64,000 nt of DNA from Lingula anatina (Eukaryota; Animalia; Brachiopoda). Positions 1-13,900 of this stretch are shown piece after piece (the stretch's first letter is position 1; each line of letters opens with the position of its first letter). Both the position numbers and the translations under genes were made by a program. The notes under the pieces are model-generated. The model saw only the letters and a program-made list of their open reading frames with translations, made no database searches and was not told the origin of the DNA. The stretch lies in assembly GCA_051362555.1 (NCBI GenBank), contig CM120640.1, positions 42,076,788-42,140,787 on the forward strand. The letters are read 5' to 3'.

Positions 1-1253
1 CCTGTTTTTGCCCCTCATGGGTATTACAGTGTCGGGTGAAAAGATTATAAATTAAGGTGAAAGTTTATGCAAACATGACTGGCTTTAGATTTGGGTGCCC
101 CTGTGAATAAGACATTACTTTAAACTTGGAAAAGGTTATAGATTTAAAAGGTTGCAAGTGGATTTGTTGTGACTTGTGTGATTTCTGCTGGGAAGCAAGG
201 TGTGAGAGACTGGTGATTTAACACAGTGTAGCACTGTGGGTGTTGTTTCTCCTCATTTCATTCAATATATAGAATTAGGATGCTCACCTAAGCAGTTGAA
301 ATCGCCAAAGACTGAATGTCAGAAGTTAATCAGTATAACATGAATTTCATTCCATTTTATTTATAATCAGGGTGTAACTGCAGTGTCATTCCTGAGTAGT
401 TAGGTGTCTACACAACACAAGTGCAGTATATTCGTGCAAGCATGGACATTGTTTACAGGTGGAACTCCAAAAATATTGAAATATTTAACCTTACATGCAA
501 GGAAAGGTCAAACTGGGATTGCACTTTGATAAATGCAAGGAATTTGCCACAAGAGAAGTGGTGATTGTTTATAGTGGTATGAAATGATTGGAAATCTATT
601 CAACTTCAATTGATATTTTCTGTAAGTGCCCTCTGCATGGATCCTTACAAATAACACATAGAAGTGGATACACTGCCCAGAAGGGCTACATAAAAACCTC
701 ATTTTCATTGTGGTTGAAAACTGCCCTTGTTATAAAAATGATAATCAAAAATGGTTATACTGGCACTCTTTTTCAGTTTTGGTGATATTAAAAATAATGA
801 TGATAATAATTCAATATATATGTTAGAATTAAGTAGCAGGATAGCAATTCCACAGTTTAATGCAGCAGTATTTTGATACAATGGCTGCTGACTACTACTA
901 ATTGATTTAGTACAAGTAGATGAAATTCTATCTTACCAGAGGAAATAGTGCGGTTAATGAAAAAATCTTTTCAAAAAAGATATCAAAGCAGACTTGTGCT
1001 ACACAGTGGTGCTTCCTGGCAAAGGTTACACTGAGAGATTCAAAATATTTTAAACCTTGTCTTATTTCACAGTGAGTCATTCTATTGACATCTGCGCAAT
1101 TTATTTTGGCAAACAAAAAACACCGCAGCCTCCAGTCGTCTTTGTAATATTAATGTCCTTCGTTGGATTTATTTTGTCGCCATGAATGTAGTGGTTGATA
1201 TTTTTGTCTGACTTATCAAAAAACAAAATACAATTTTTTCATTCTGCTTCCAG

Positions 1254-1361
1254 ATTTGTGAAACATTGAAGATTGTTGGTCGAATTCCTCACTAGAGGTC
1301 CAGTAGAGGTCATAGAGCTTTGGTCAGCAGATGGGCAAAGGACATTTTTGATAGATCTAGG
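1254..1361 (+). other. Probable 5' UTR exon of gene 1
   Basis: Polypyrimidine tract + cag acceptor ending 1253; G|gtaagt donor after 1361. Contains a 6-codon uORF (ATG 1331). The next exon starts at 1893 and carries the ATG at 1910. Confidence 0.5.
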
Positions 1362-1909
1362 GTAAGTGTCGTCTATCACTAGATTAATGTCCGTGCAGGT
1401 ATCCCAAGGTCAGTGTACCTCTCAGACTGTTTTTTTAGACACATGTCAACAAATTATTTTCTTCATCATTTTTCATACAGTGCATACACTAATGTCTGTT
1501 TGCGTGAAGGAAATTTCAGTCTGGCAGTATGGCTGGACATTAGCATCCAATGTTTATTGTTTCAAATGCAATATTTTTCTATACATTTTATCTACATCTT
1601 TCCTGTTTTAATTTTAATGTATTCCCCAGCTGACCTGATATGACTTGTTAAACCTGCTGCACAGTCTGTTTACCTGCACATATTTTAAGTGTGAGAAGGT
1701 ATTTTTAGTCCTTTGAGTGGCAGCCAATAACATTTAGGCTGTAAGAGGATGTATGGTTTCATATATATGTATATAGAAAGAGAAGCACAAGTCAGATTTT
1801 TTTTAAGAATATGAAATGAAAAGTGAAAATTTATTTTATTGATCAACAATGTAAAAATAAGTTTTGTTTTCTGATTCTTTTTAAACCCTCAGCACAAAAC
1901 CCTTTCACC

Positions 1910-4900
1910 ATGTCCAATGTGGATGCACTTCTGGATTTTGATGAATCCCCCACGTCTGCTCCCCCGGCTCAGAACGGAACAAGCAAGTCAGTGGATCCAT
2001 TCGATCCTTTCGGGCCCAGTCCAACAGAAGAATCAGGAGATGTTGAGTTCCTTGTCGACTTTGGGGTTAGAGAATTTGAGTTAGATTTGTTCAATACTTA
2101 CCATATTTTTGCATTCTAGCCAGTGGATACCTGAGAGTATAACAGCCAGTCACAATGTGATACATACAATGATAGCATGTTTAAAGCATTGACATTTATC
2201 TTATCATTCTTGTTTGTCTTTGCCATTCTACCTGGTTATATTGCAATTTGCTTGGTACCAAATGTTACCACCGATACCCTTTACCATGTCCTAATGTTAA
2301 AAAAAGAGAAAAAACAGTAATACCTTAGATTTGCTCTCTGTAACAAGACACTAAAATATTATATGCAGTTATAACATTATCTGGGGTAGTGCTAACTCTC
2401 GCCAATTTAGCCAAATGCTAAAACTTAAATTGGCTTAACAAAATAGGGTTGATTTGACTTGTTTTCATCAAATTTAAACCATTTGTAGAAAAAAGGTGAT
2501 GAAAATGTAGTAATTTGGTTAAATGAAAAAATTTGTAGCACCACCCCAGATTACAGTATTACTCTATTAATTGTGATATACATTTACACTAAGTTTGTTA
2601 TTACCTTTCCAGACCTCTTCTAAAGACTCCAGTACGGAGCAACCACAGCCTCTCAACCCTTTGTATGACATGATGCACACCAATAACTCCCATAGTGAAG
2701 ATCTACTGGTAGATTTTAATCAGAATGGAAAGCAGCAAGATTCACAGGAGTTTGAGTTTACCATTGAGACCTCTGCAACAGATGAGCAAGAAGAAGAAGG
2801 TAGTGACCATTATGAAGAACAGGAAGATGAGAGGGTAGAACAAGATGAAAGAGAGGAAGAACAGTCAGAAGAAGAAGAAGAAGAAGAAGAAGTAGAAGAT
2901 GACAGTAGAGAGCCGGAGGTATCTTCAGGTGATGAGGATTCTACTGAGGTGGTACAGACAACCCGTCAAGAAGACGGAGAACTGGTGACAGAGACTACGA
3001 CAAAGACGCGTCATGTTAATGAGGACGGCGGAGTGGTTATTAAAACAGAGACTGAGGTGATCACCACCAAGACCAGAACTGGGGTAAGTGTGAACAGAAG
3101 GTGAACTAGAAAGCAGGTGGGGGATATGTTTGAAAACTATTAAGTGTCAAAGGCTGGTAATGCAGTTATTTCATTATAGTCTCATCAGCAGTTAAAATTG
3201 GATGACGATGAAATAGAGCCTAAAGCAAGGGCAGTAAGTTCACAGTGATTCACAAAGACTCGAGATTTTCACCCAAATACACATAAAACCTCTGGAACAT
3301 TTGAGTAATGAATCAAGCCACAGGGCTTGGTGATATAATCCTAAGCTGATACAAAAAATACACCAGAAGGTAATTTCTCATTTACATGACAAAGAATTAT
3401 AAGCAGCATGACACAACATGATGAATAGAAATGAGCAGATGGTCTACTTCTCTCCTGTTCTCACAAAATCAATTGATTTTGAAAAACTCTTTGTTTGAAC
3501 TTAATAAGATAATGCCCTTAGCACTGAGAAGGGTGATAAGTTTTTGATGATATTACATTACATCAGTTGTCCTGAATGCTTTGCAGGGAACACACTTGAC
3601 AGCCAATTAAATAAATATTGATTTTTTGTCTGACTAAGTTTTCTGATTAAAAGCTTTATAGGAAAAAGCAAAATTACTCACCAGTGATGTTTCAGACAGC
3701 ATCTGTACACAAGGGCTTTTGGGAAGTGCTGGTTCTCTTGCATCATGATTGCTAAATTTACTTTTGGGACTTATAATATTTTACTATACTAATAGTGCAG
3801 TCACTGTGACTTGTTTACATCTCTTATATAAAACCCATGAACTCTGACAGGGCTTGAGATCTTCCCCCAGCTTCACTTTGCATCTGTTCTTTTGCTTAAA
3901 ATGGGAAAATAAGGGAAAGTATTTCTGAAATTATTTCAAACTTACTTGTGTACCCAATTAGTGCTTTCCTTTCAGCTGCCATGCTGTGCTGCACTGTTGC
4001 AAGGGGCTATGGTTTCATGTTCAACTTTTTCATGTGTTGTCTAGTGTTCCGTGTCTTTTGATTTCAAATGTAACGTACCACACAAGCTTTCATGTCTTCA
4101 GAAGGCAGAGGGATACTTCCACTCTGTTATAATTTCAATAAGCTTATGGAATATTTTCTAGAATTCCCAAGTAATTGCAAAGTTACATCTGCTACATGTA
4201 CCACCTCGTTTTGATTCGTTTTAGTTCAAATCCAATACATGGCAATAACACATCACATGTCTGGGATACCAACTGTTACATAGAACCATAATTATGGCCA
4301 TAAGCTGGGAGATTTTTCTTTTAAAATATTGTGAGCAGATGTATTTTAGTTGGATACACCCTTGTCTGGTTTGGTAGAATGCTTGCATTTGCATTTTACT
4401 TAGGCTCTGCTTGTGTTAGATTTAGATGTAAGATGTTTTTAATGTTCTAGTTTCTGTGAAAATTGAACATGTAAGGCAGCACCCAGCCGGGATTGTTAAC
4501 AGTGAATGTTGAATTGCATTGATTATCCTGGTGGATACTTATTGAAGAGACTAAAATAACAACACCAAAACAAGCGATGCCTCAGACCTTTCCAATGGAT
4601 ATTGAGGCAGTTCAGTGACAGCAGTCTGAAAGGCATATCAGATTTATTGGGAAAAAAAATCTCTAAAGCCATCCTAAAATTGACTTTACCAAAAGACATG
4701 GCTAAGTCAATGTTACACCGCCGGTTCTCAGACCCAGTTCTTCCCTACAGACCAGTAGATATACAGCGTAGGAAAAGAAATGGAAATGACAGGCAGCAAC
4801 TGGATCGGTGGCAGGAGACCCCCTCCAGTAGAGGGCGTTACCGGAAATACTTGAATGTTGCCATAGGGACAAGTTCATGGCAAAGACAACAGCCATCTGT

Positions 4901-7900
4901 GATGGATTCTATTGACTCTGAGGAGGAGGGAAGCTGTGAAACTAAGTCTGAATTTGTATGTCGATCTTTTCAATTTCAAATGTTAATTATATTTCAAAAT
5001 GATGTTTTCTTAAAACCTTTTGCTTTGTGAAAAGAGACAGTGCTGTCAGCAGCATGGTAGAGCTGATGGGTTCATTGCATTGACTTTAACTGGCGTCTTT
5101 GTCTAACATTTGAGCTTGATGACATTTTAATAGTTCCGGTTGCAATAAGTTGCATTCATTTGTAACCACGGCACGCCATGCTGCACCTAGGCGATGAGTG
5201 CATATCCTAGCCACATGTGCCACATTTTATCAGATGGGCTTTGCATGGCAGCCCATGGTGCTGTGGCAGTGGATTTTTTTTTTTTCACTAAAACAGGTTA
5301 ATGATTCATTTTACTAAAAGTGATCACTTACGGCATGCAACATATTTGTCGTGTTTTTCAGTTATTATTTGTTCCACAATCCCAGTTGTATCTGTTAAGA
5401 TAAAGATGAGATATTACTGTAACTAAGCCATTTAAATAATGCAAGAGGTTTCATAAATCAAGACTGTTTGACAGTGGTGCGGATCAAACAAGTCTGTACT
5501 AGGTTATCTTGCCTCTGTGTCTAGTATCAAACACATCTCAACTGAGATAAGATGCAGGGGATTGTGTCTATCTCTTCATAACAAGATACTGTAAAGGCCT
5601 TACTGACTTATTTATTTAAATTAATAAATAAATTTATTTCTATTTTTATTAATTTTGTAATGATAAAAGTCCTAATTAGAATTTCATTTACTGGGTGCTT
5701 TTTGCCTTACAACAAGAAAGATAAATAAAGCATGTAATATTTCTGTTTTTCATAAAAGGATACTTTGCACAGTGTTTCAGTTGTCAGTGAAATTCCTATA
5801 TAGCTTTGTTATCAGATTAAGTGTCTTGGCAGCAGAATAAACTGTTTTTCCCAAGGAATTGAATAAAAGCATAAACATTTGGTAGCTCCAGGATTCGGAA
5901 CAAAATGTTGAAATGTCTGATTTTCCTCATGGTAGGACTTCATGCATGATGTGGTCTTGGACCCTCAGAGATTACTAGCCAGAACACATTCTGAGTCCAC
6001 TCTGGCCACCTATGAGGGGGACAATGCCAGTATGTATTTGGCTGACTTTGATGATCAGGGGGTAGATGGTGGTCCAGATACTGCAAATTTAGACGACTTT
6101 CAAGGGGAGGATGAGGATAAGGATGTGAAAAGAAGGGAGCAAAGAATTAAAGAGAGAATGCAACTGCATGCTCTTTCCGAGGCAAGTGATAGAAATGTCA
6201 TGCCTGCACAATGATTGCTGCTACTGTTGTTGTTGATGCAGTCTGACATGGTGTATTATATGACTGAACCAGTGCCCCATGAACCACCAGTTATCTCATC
6301 ACTCGCACCTCAGCACTATGCTTGGACTGGCACTATTTTTCTCTTTTCAGCCTCTAATATCATCTCATGGGGTGTTGTTAACTCACTTAATCACTAATCT
6401 CCATGCCTGTGTTTTTGTTCGTTTTGTAATTTTGTGTGGCTTTGTTATATTGTTTTACTTATATTTGATTATTGGTTTGATAACCCTTTATGTTGAACAT
6501 CTCACAGTGGTTGGTTTTTGTGGACTTGTTCAATTGCTGCAACTAATCAATAGCTCTAAAATGGATGAGGTGGTCATTAAATTTATGATATTGTTAGTTT
6601 CAACATAAAAATGATCTGTTTTATACAATATTTAATTTAAATATCTTATTTAAGGACATCTTTTTACTAATACAATATCTTGAATATAAGACAGTTCAGT
6701 TATTTAGATTCAAGAATTAATTTTGGAAAACATAATTTTAGCAAATTTAAATATCTTGTAGTTACATTTTTTCCATAAGGTTTTGAGTTTGGGAACAGTT
6801 TTATTACAAAACCAGTAGCTATAGAGTTTGTGTGATATTGCATTTGTTTTAAACTTAGATAGGGACCTGAAGTTGCAATTTACTAATGTTATTTGGATTT
6901 TTTCTTGCTTATGTGTTAAGTCTTTGCAGTATGACGAAAAAATTGATTGCAATGTCAGCAAAGCCTTTCGTTTGCACAAGGGCAAAATTAAATATTACTG
7001 TGACCAAAATGTTTACCAATTTATCAAAAAGAAAAAAAAAAGGAAACTGGAAGGTTGTGTGTTTGCATTTAAAGTAGTTGGAATTGTAGAAAATGAGAGC
7101 TGCAGTAAAAATACTTTTGAGAAAAAAAAAACATTTAAGTCCAATCTTAAGGAAGCAGATGTTGGATGGCAACTTTCCTGTTATACAATCCCTGTGTATA
7201 TTTTTATTTAGTTTTCTTGATATACAATCCATGTGCAATCAGTACAGAGAGAGTACAATGAGATTTACAACCAAGGGCTGACTTCCTGGACTTAAAAGAC
7301 AACCTTTCTTTGTTAAAACTTGATTAACAGAAGTACCTCTTCAATTTTGTGGCACCTCATCAACCCTTATACATTTTTCAAAGAATGAATAAGAAAACAA
7401 GCTGATTGTAACATAATTTTTTTTGCTACATATTTCAGTCTGGGTCCTCTGAAGATGAAGGGGAAGAGGAAAGAGATCATGAAATTAATGAAGTTTTTCA
7501 AGCAAACAGACCAGAAGAGATAGAGCTTCCTGAACCAGTAGGTGTAAAACTTCAGATGATAATTTTTAAAAATTGAATAGCTGTTATATTAACATTGTTT
7601 TTTTTTCATTGTTTAATCATGATATGTTTATAGAAGATGCTCTAGATACTTATAACAAATTGAATGATTATCAGGAAATAAACTAGATTACTTAACCTAT
7701 CATCCCATCTTCATTTTAGGAAAAAGGAAAAGCGCCTTCCTCTGTTTCCAGTACAGAAGAAAAAGAAAATGCTGGTGAGATGTGTAAAGAAAAATAAATT
7801 TGTAAATCTCATTAAAAGAAATTAGTACAGAAAAATAACATTGTTTCTGTTCGATTTCCTACTATTAACTCCTGCCTCAGTTCAGACATTGTTGTGGTAC

Positions 7901-10900
7901 TCTATGATCATGATTTTCTGCACTCGGATGCCTTTGATTTCTTCTTTTTTTTTTTTTTAACCCTTGTCCATCAATTCCAGCTGATTCACGTCGCCCTCGG
8001 TCCCTCTCTCGCTCATTTGAAGAATATTCAGACATGTATGAAGAGTACAAGCCTCCCAAGAAATATGTTAAACCTCCTGTGAAGGAGGACAAAGGGCCAA
8101 AAACTGTTATTGTGGTAAGTCAATGGTGTAGTACATATATTCCTCAAAATTTGTCACTAAGGTAACTATCTGTTATCGTTGTCTGCAGCTGGTGCTGTCA
8201 TCTGGTGTCAAAAGATGTCTGACTCTAAGTCTAACACATTACATATGCATAAACATCATATCCAGTGGTAATTCACATCTTTCCATTTAACAATATTATA
8301 TATAAGCACATAGAATAGAATAATTATCTGTTAAGTATTATTTTATGTAAATTGATCTTTTAATACTCTACAACTAAATGCCAGTTAACTTCTTCACTCT
8401 TTCCAAATATAATTCATATTGGCCAGTTTACTCACTCACTGACTTTAATCACAGCGGTTTCTATTAATAATCCCCCGTTTTTGACAAGATTGATTCCCAG
8501 AAGTACACAATTTCAGATTAATCATTATTGAATGACTTTCAGTAGTTCCCACTATATAGAATAGAGAATTAAAGTAGTTCACCTATTATTAGATAAGTTG
8601 TAGGTGGATAATATGGAGCAACTTGCAAGACCCCTATGGATGTAGGTCTCCAAGAATGAATTTTTAATGAGAGTTTTCAAATCTTACATAGAAAAGTGTG
8701 GAAATCCTTTCAGTTTTGCAGATAGTTAGAGACAGATATATTTACTGTATTTCAACCTGTATGTTATTTTACTACAAATATTACCCTTCTCAGTTGAGTT
8801 TACTCATTTGCATCAATTTATATATTATCGCCAATAGATATTTATTCAATTTCCAAATTAGGATATGTTTCCTCACCCAAATCAGTCAGGATGAACCATA
8901 ATAAAATGCCTCAACCTATAGTGTATGGTGCCCAGAAAGTTATTGAGGCTAACTTATAGACTAAAAATATCTCATGAATTGATTTTGGCATTGTTTTAAG
9001 AAGCCAACTTACATGCCATAATTTTACTAAACTTTAAATTCATTCAAGATTAAATGGCCAGATCAGCTAAGCATATCATTTGAAACGTTTAATCTCCAAG
9101 TTCACATGATGGGAACTGTTCATTTGAAGTGTGCTTCCCCATATATGTCCCTCCCATGCTCAACCGCCTGTGATCAAAACCGTTTTCTTTGTGTGAAGCA
9201 TGGCATTTGTGCTGGTGACCTCAGACTGTATTGAGTTTGAGTTGCTCTATTGGCTCTTGAGTTTTTGAGTTTTTACAACAAAGTAATTCCAAATAATGTG
9301 TTTGAATATGCTAACAGCATGTTAGTTTGTAAGATGTTTCTGAGATAGGGGGAAATGCCACAGAACATGTTGATGTAATTGTTACTCCTTTTTCCTTTTC
9401 ATTTTTTAAGTCTAGAAAGTTTTTATCCGAGATTTACCAAGTAGTTATTTTCAAATTCTAGATTGCAATATTCCCTGCTGACAAAAAATGCATTCTTTAA
9501 ATTGTAATTTTCTTTCTTTTTTTTCTTTTTAAAAGCTTTTTTTTTTTACTTGAGCTGTCAACATGAAGCATATTGCAAACCTGAAATATGTAGAATTTTC
9601 AAAAGAGAAAATACAAAAATGGTATTTTTTTATTTTTTAATACATTCTTTTATCTTTGATCAATATAGGAGCTAGCTGTAAGAGTAAATGTTTGACAGCC
9701 AAGGGTCTTTTTTAAATATGATATTCTAAATTTGAAAAGGCCATTTTTAATTGATATTGTTGTAGCAGTTTATGAATGTAACTGAAAGTGGAGTTGTTTT
9801 GTTTATTCTTTATTATTCCATTCCTGGTTCATTAACCATAGACTGACACACATAGAACCAGTTCTCCCAATTCTCTGGACAACAATGACCAATCTAATGA
9901 CCATTCTGAGGACGTGAGTGAGGATGAGAATGCTGGACAAGTGGACACAGGTCCACACATCGTTCAAACTACATATTCATCTACTTCCAATGGCGTAAGT
10001 TGGCCTGGTTTTGTTGGCATGTCCAGACGTGCATGTCTACCAATTTGCCCCCTCAGCGTCAGTCATGTTCTTGCATATTAACCACGCATGTTCAAGAGTA
10101 TACCCTGAGTATACAAAGCTTGTCTTGATGTATGACACCATCTGGTGTCCTCTAATTGCTTCACTAATATCTCATGTATTCATAGCACAAGTAACACGCT
10201 AAGAAGCTTGGGAATATTATCCCTGCATAGGTTAGGGCCAGTTTATATTTTTATTTCAGGGCTAAAATCTTTTTGTTGCAGGTTTTATTTATTGACTGCC
10301 TCTGGTATTGTTTCTTATTATTATTATTATTCACTTGCACTGTGGGTAGGAACTTGTTGTGAAATGATATTCACAATCTTAAATTCCAAAATTTCAGAAA
10401 TTCATTTCATCTGTTGGTTGAAGAATTTTATTTTCTAATGGAAAATCCTAAAACTTTGTTTTTTCTTTTCAACCATCATTTTGTACAGAGAACTACCTGC
10501 AGTGCCCCCTTCTCCCCAAGTTCACTAAAAAACATTTTTAATTAATCTCCTGCTTATATACATATTTTGTAAGCCTTCTACTGAGCATAAAAGACGAGTC
10601 TGTTCTCAGGGAAGATTGCAATTAAAGGTGCTGTTTCAAGTCTGAACAGGCACCTTAATTTATGCAAATTTTTCTTTCATTTGATTATAATTTTGTTGGC
10701 ACAGGAAAAACAAAACCTACATTCTGCTTCACTAATGATTTTATTATTTATGCTGGTTTAATAATTAGTTGGCTTAAATCACACACTATTTCTCTCTGCA
10801 TGACATTGTTTACTATGTTGGTCACCACGTGAATGTTTGCATGTGCAGTTAACACTTCCATATACAGCTTTAAATGGAACATACTTCAGCTCTAACCACA

Positions 10901-13900
10901 AATTCTGGTTGTCTACTGTCAATAAAAAGTAACTCTGTGCATGTACTAACTACAAGGAAATATTCCTAAACCTCATCAGCACCCAAGTTTTTACTTAGGA
11001 CAGTATGGAGCCAGCCAAGAGATATGTTTTATTGTGAACAGAATATGTCCTTTACAAACCTTTTATGAAGCAGGGATTAAGTTATGTTTATTTCATATGT
11101 AATGCATTATGGAGGTTGGTTGGGTTCAAAGAATCTCAGAAGGTTAATGGTATGAGCTACTCATGCACAAATTTCATCTGTATTCATTATTATATCTGAG
11201 TTTATTCTAAATATTTAATTTACATTGTTGATCACATTAGTATTAAACTTACAAGGATGGCATTTTGGAGAGATGTCTTTTGTAGTCAGTTTCTTGTATT
11301 TTTATGTTTCCAATTAATTTGATAAGTAGATTTCTCACTGTATATTTAAAGAGGCTAGAATGATGTTTAGCCTGTTTCATTAAATTTTTTGATATATAAT
11401 AGATAATTTGCTAACCCTGTAACTTGATCATTTCAGGGCCTGCATACATTTGGAGCTTCACAGGTGGCAGTACCTAAGAAAGCAGGTGAGACAGCTTATG
11501 ATATGCTATATCACTACCAAAACTTTTAGTTAAGGACAATTTTGATATCTTTTTACTCATTGTTTAAGTTATCATTTTGGTAGGTTTTCCCAGTGGCTGA
11601 AAGTTAAGATGAAAAACGGGTTATAGTTTTTGTCCTGTTTCCAGTCTGAAAGTATGATTGTCCTGTAGAATTGTGATTGTGTTAGCTTTGGCAGAAATTA
11701 TGCACAGCAGAAGCTTCTAGTAACAGGAGTTTGTTGTCATTTGGTGCAGAATGTTTTAGGTGAATGTTTTTGTTCATCAGTACAGACTGATACATTATAG
11801 CTAGAACTCCAGTGAAGGCATTCTTGTGGTATTTGCTTTTGAATGAACTTATTTTAACATGAAAGGATTTTGTAAACTTAAACATATCCTCTCATCATTC
11901 TGGTGGGAAAATAGTGGTTGTAGTTTGGAGATACAACAATTGTCAGTGCCCAGCCCTGATAGCAGTCTGAATATGGCTACTGTTATCTTATCTTTATTTC
12001 AAATTATATGTACACAGTCCTCCAGCACAAAAGAATTTTTAGACAGATCATGTCCAGTTTAACTCTCACACCCATATTGTAACCTGTCACAAGAGTGGAC
12101 ACACAGTTGAAGTAGGCGAGGGTAAATAGTTGCTGTGTTTTCTAGCATTATTGCTTTCATTGATAAGCTTGTAATCCTGTCAAACAGACAGTTTGAAAAG
12201 AGGTCAATACTCTGATGCCAAGTGAGAAATTATTTAGTTCATATTAAGGGGTTTTTAATAGCTTGGTATAATGGAGAAAAAGTTTTGAAAAATATTTGTT
12301 GTATGCAAAAAAATGATTTGCTGATAGATTATTGAAAAATAATTAAGGAAAGGTTGAGATAAGTGCTAATGGAAAATGTTTAAGGAGACTAAAATTAGTT
12401 ATAATTTGCTGATTGTCTTTTTAACTTTTTAGCATTCAAAAAGGGCAAAAAATTAAATGTGAATATAAATGGGAATTTTTCATAAGAATTTTCCTAAATC
12501 TTGGCAGTGCGGCAGTTGGAAAGAATGCATTTCAAATAAAATTGATTTTATATTTTACTCAGAACAGCTTGCCAGGGAGGGGAACCATTATTGCATAAAA
12601 TAAATGTAAGACCTGTGTGTGAGTTATGCATATTTGTGAGGGATTTGTTTAATTTGAAGAATTGTTTAGGTATTTTCTGTATTTAGAACAGGTCACATAC
12701 AGAAATTTCACCTCAGTACGGGGAAGATACTGTATGCCATCTATTCAGCTTGCTAGGTCATCACACAAAGTTCTGTAATGATCCATATTACATAGGTCAA
12801 GTGCATTTTTGCTTATTTGTGAAAAGGGAGTTTTACATAAAAATTACTACATTGTGAATTGTGAATGCATTTTGTTGTACATGGTTGGTGCACACAGAAC
12901 TGGGGTACAGTAAAACTGGTTTCATAGATAAATCTACCAAATGTTGCAGTACCTTTGCAGGAAATGAGCAGCTTTTTAACAGTTTACTGATTTGCCAGTT
13001 TACAAAATTTTTGTGTGTGTGCATTTATATATATATACACACACACTGATGACACTATGTGGTCAGCTGAAGCCGTCGTCCATCTAAATATTTATTATTG
13101 TAAATTGGACATTATTCAAGAGCTTTACAAAGGAGGCTATTGTGATGCTGGCTACTGAGCCATAAGGTTGTTGTGTATATTGGAATGGCTCCTTAAATGG
13201 TTGCTGTGTCACCAGAAACATCAACATGGAATATCTGTGTTTCATGTTGCCTTTTTCCAAATGTCCTTGTGCTAAGACACATCCTGGTGCCAGGAAGACA
13301 GTAAGGAAACCCTCCGCAACAGGTGAGGTCATCACTGGAGGACCCTCATTCCTCTTTGTCTAGAGTCAGGTCAGGTTCCTTGCAAGCATTGTTATTACAT
13401 GATGGAAATTTAAGTAAGAAAATGATTTTACCTAGTATTGAGGATAAGATACTGGTTATGGGTTGATTCTGCTGTAAATTGAAAATATAATTTCCATTTT
13501 CAAACAGACTCCATTAGACCTTTTAATGTTTCTTCATTTATATGTCTTCAGTTTATTTATTCACTGTTTTCCTGTAATATTAGAAGTTGCAGGCAATGCT
13601 GAAGTAAAATGATACATCCTAGATAACGCCATTGCAGTTACAAAGTGAATTGATTAGTGTCAAAAGGAATTTTTTGTCAAAAGGAATTGCATTTATTTCT
13701 AAAGACCGCTAGTCTAATGAATCAAGATATAATCAGCTGGAAATAAAACTATGTTAATGCACATAAAAGTGGAAAAGCAATAAACTAGTATGCACTCATG
13801 TCAAAGTTTTAACAACTTATTTGGCCATTGTTTTGCAAAATTGTCCAAACACTTGAATCCATTTCCTTAAAAAGTGTCTTTTTCACTTTGTATAAGGTTT

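Noticed and set aside
6215-6397. In-frame ORF directly after TGA 6214, suggesting stop-codon read-through or selenocysteine
   Set aside because: It begins with low-complexity (CTG/TTG)n, has no CTAG read-through context and no visible SECIS; the GC donor at 6181 explains the exon better.
12833-13049. Cys-rich ORFs as a possible LIM-domain exon for gene 1
   Set aside because: There is no CxxC...HxxC LIM spacing and no compatible splice sites.
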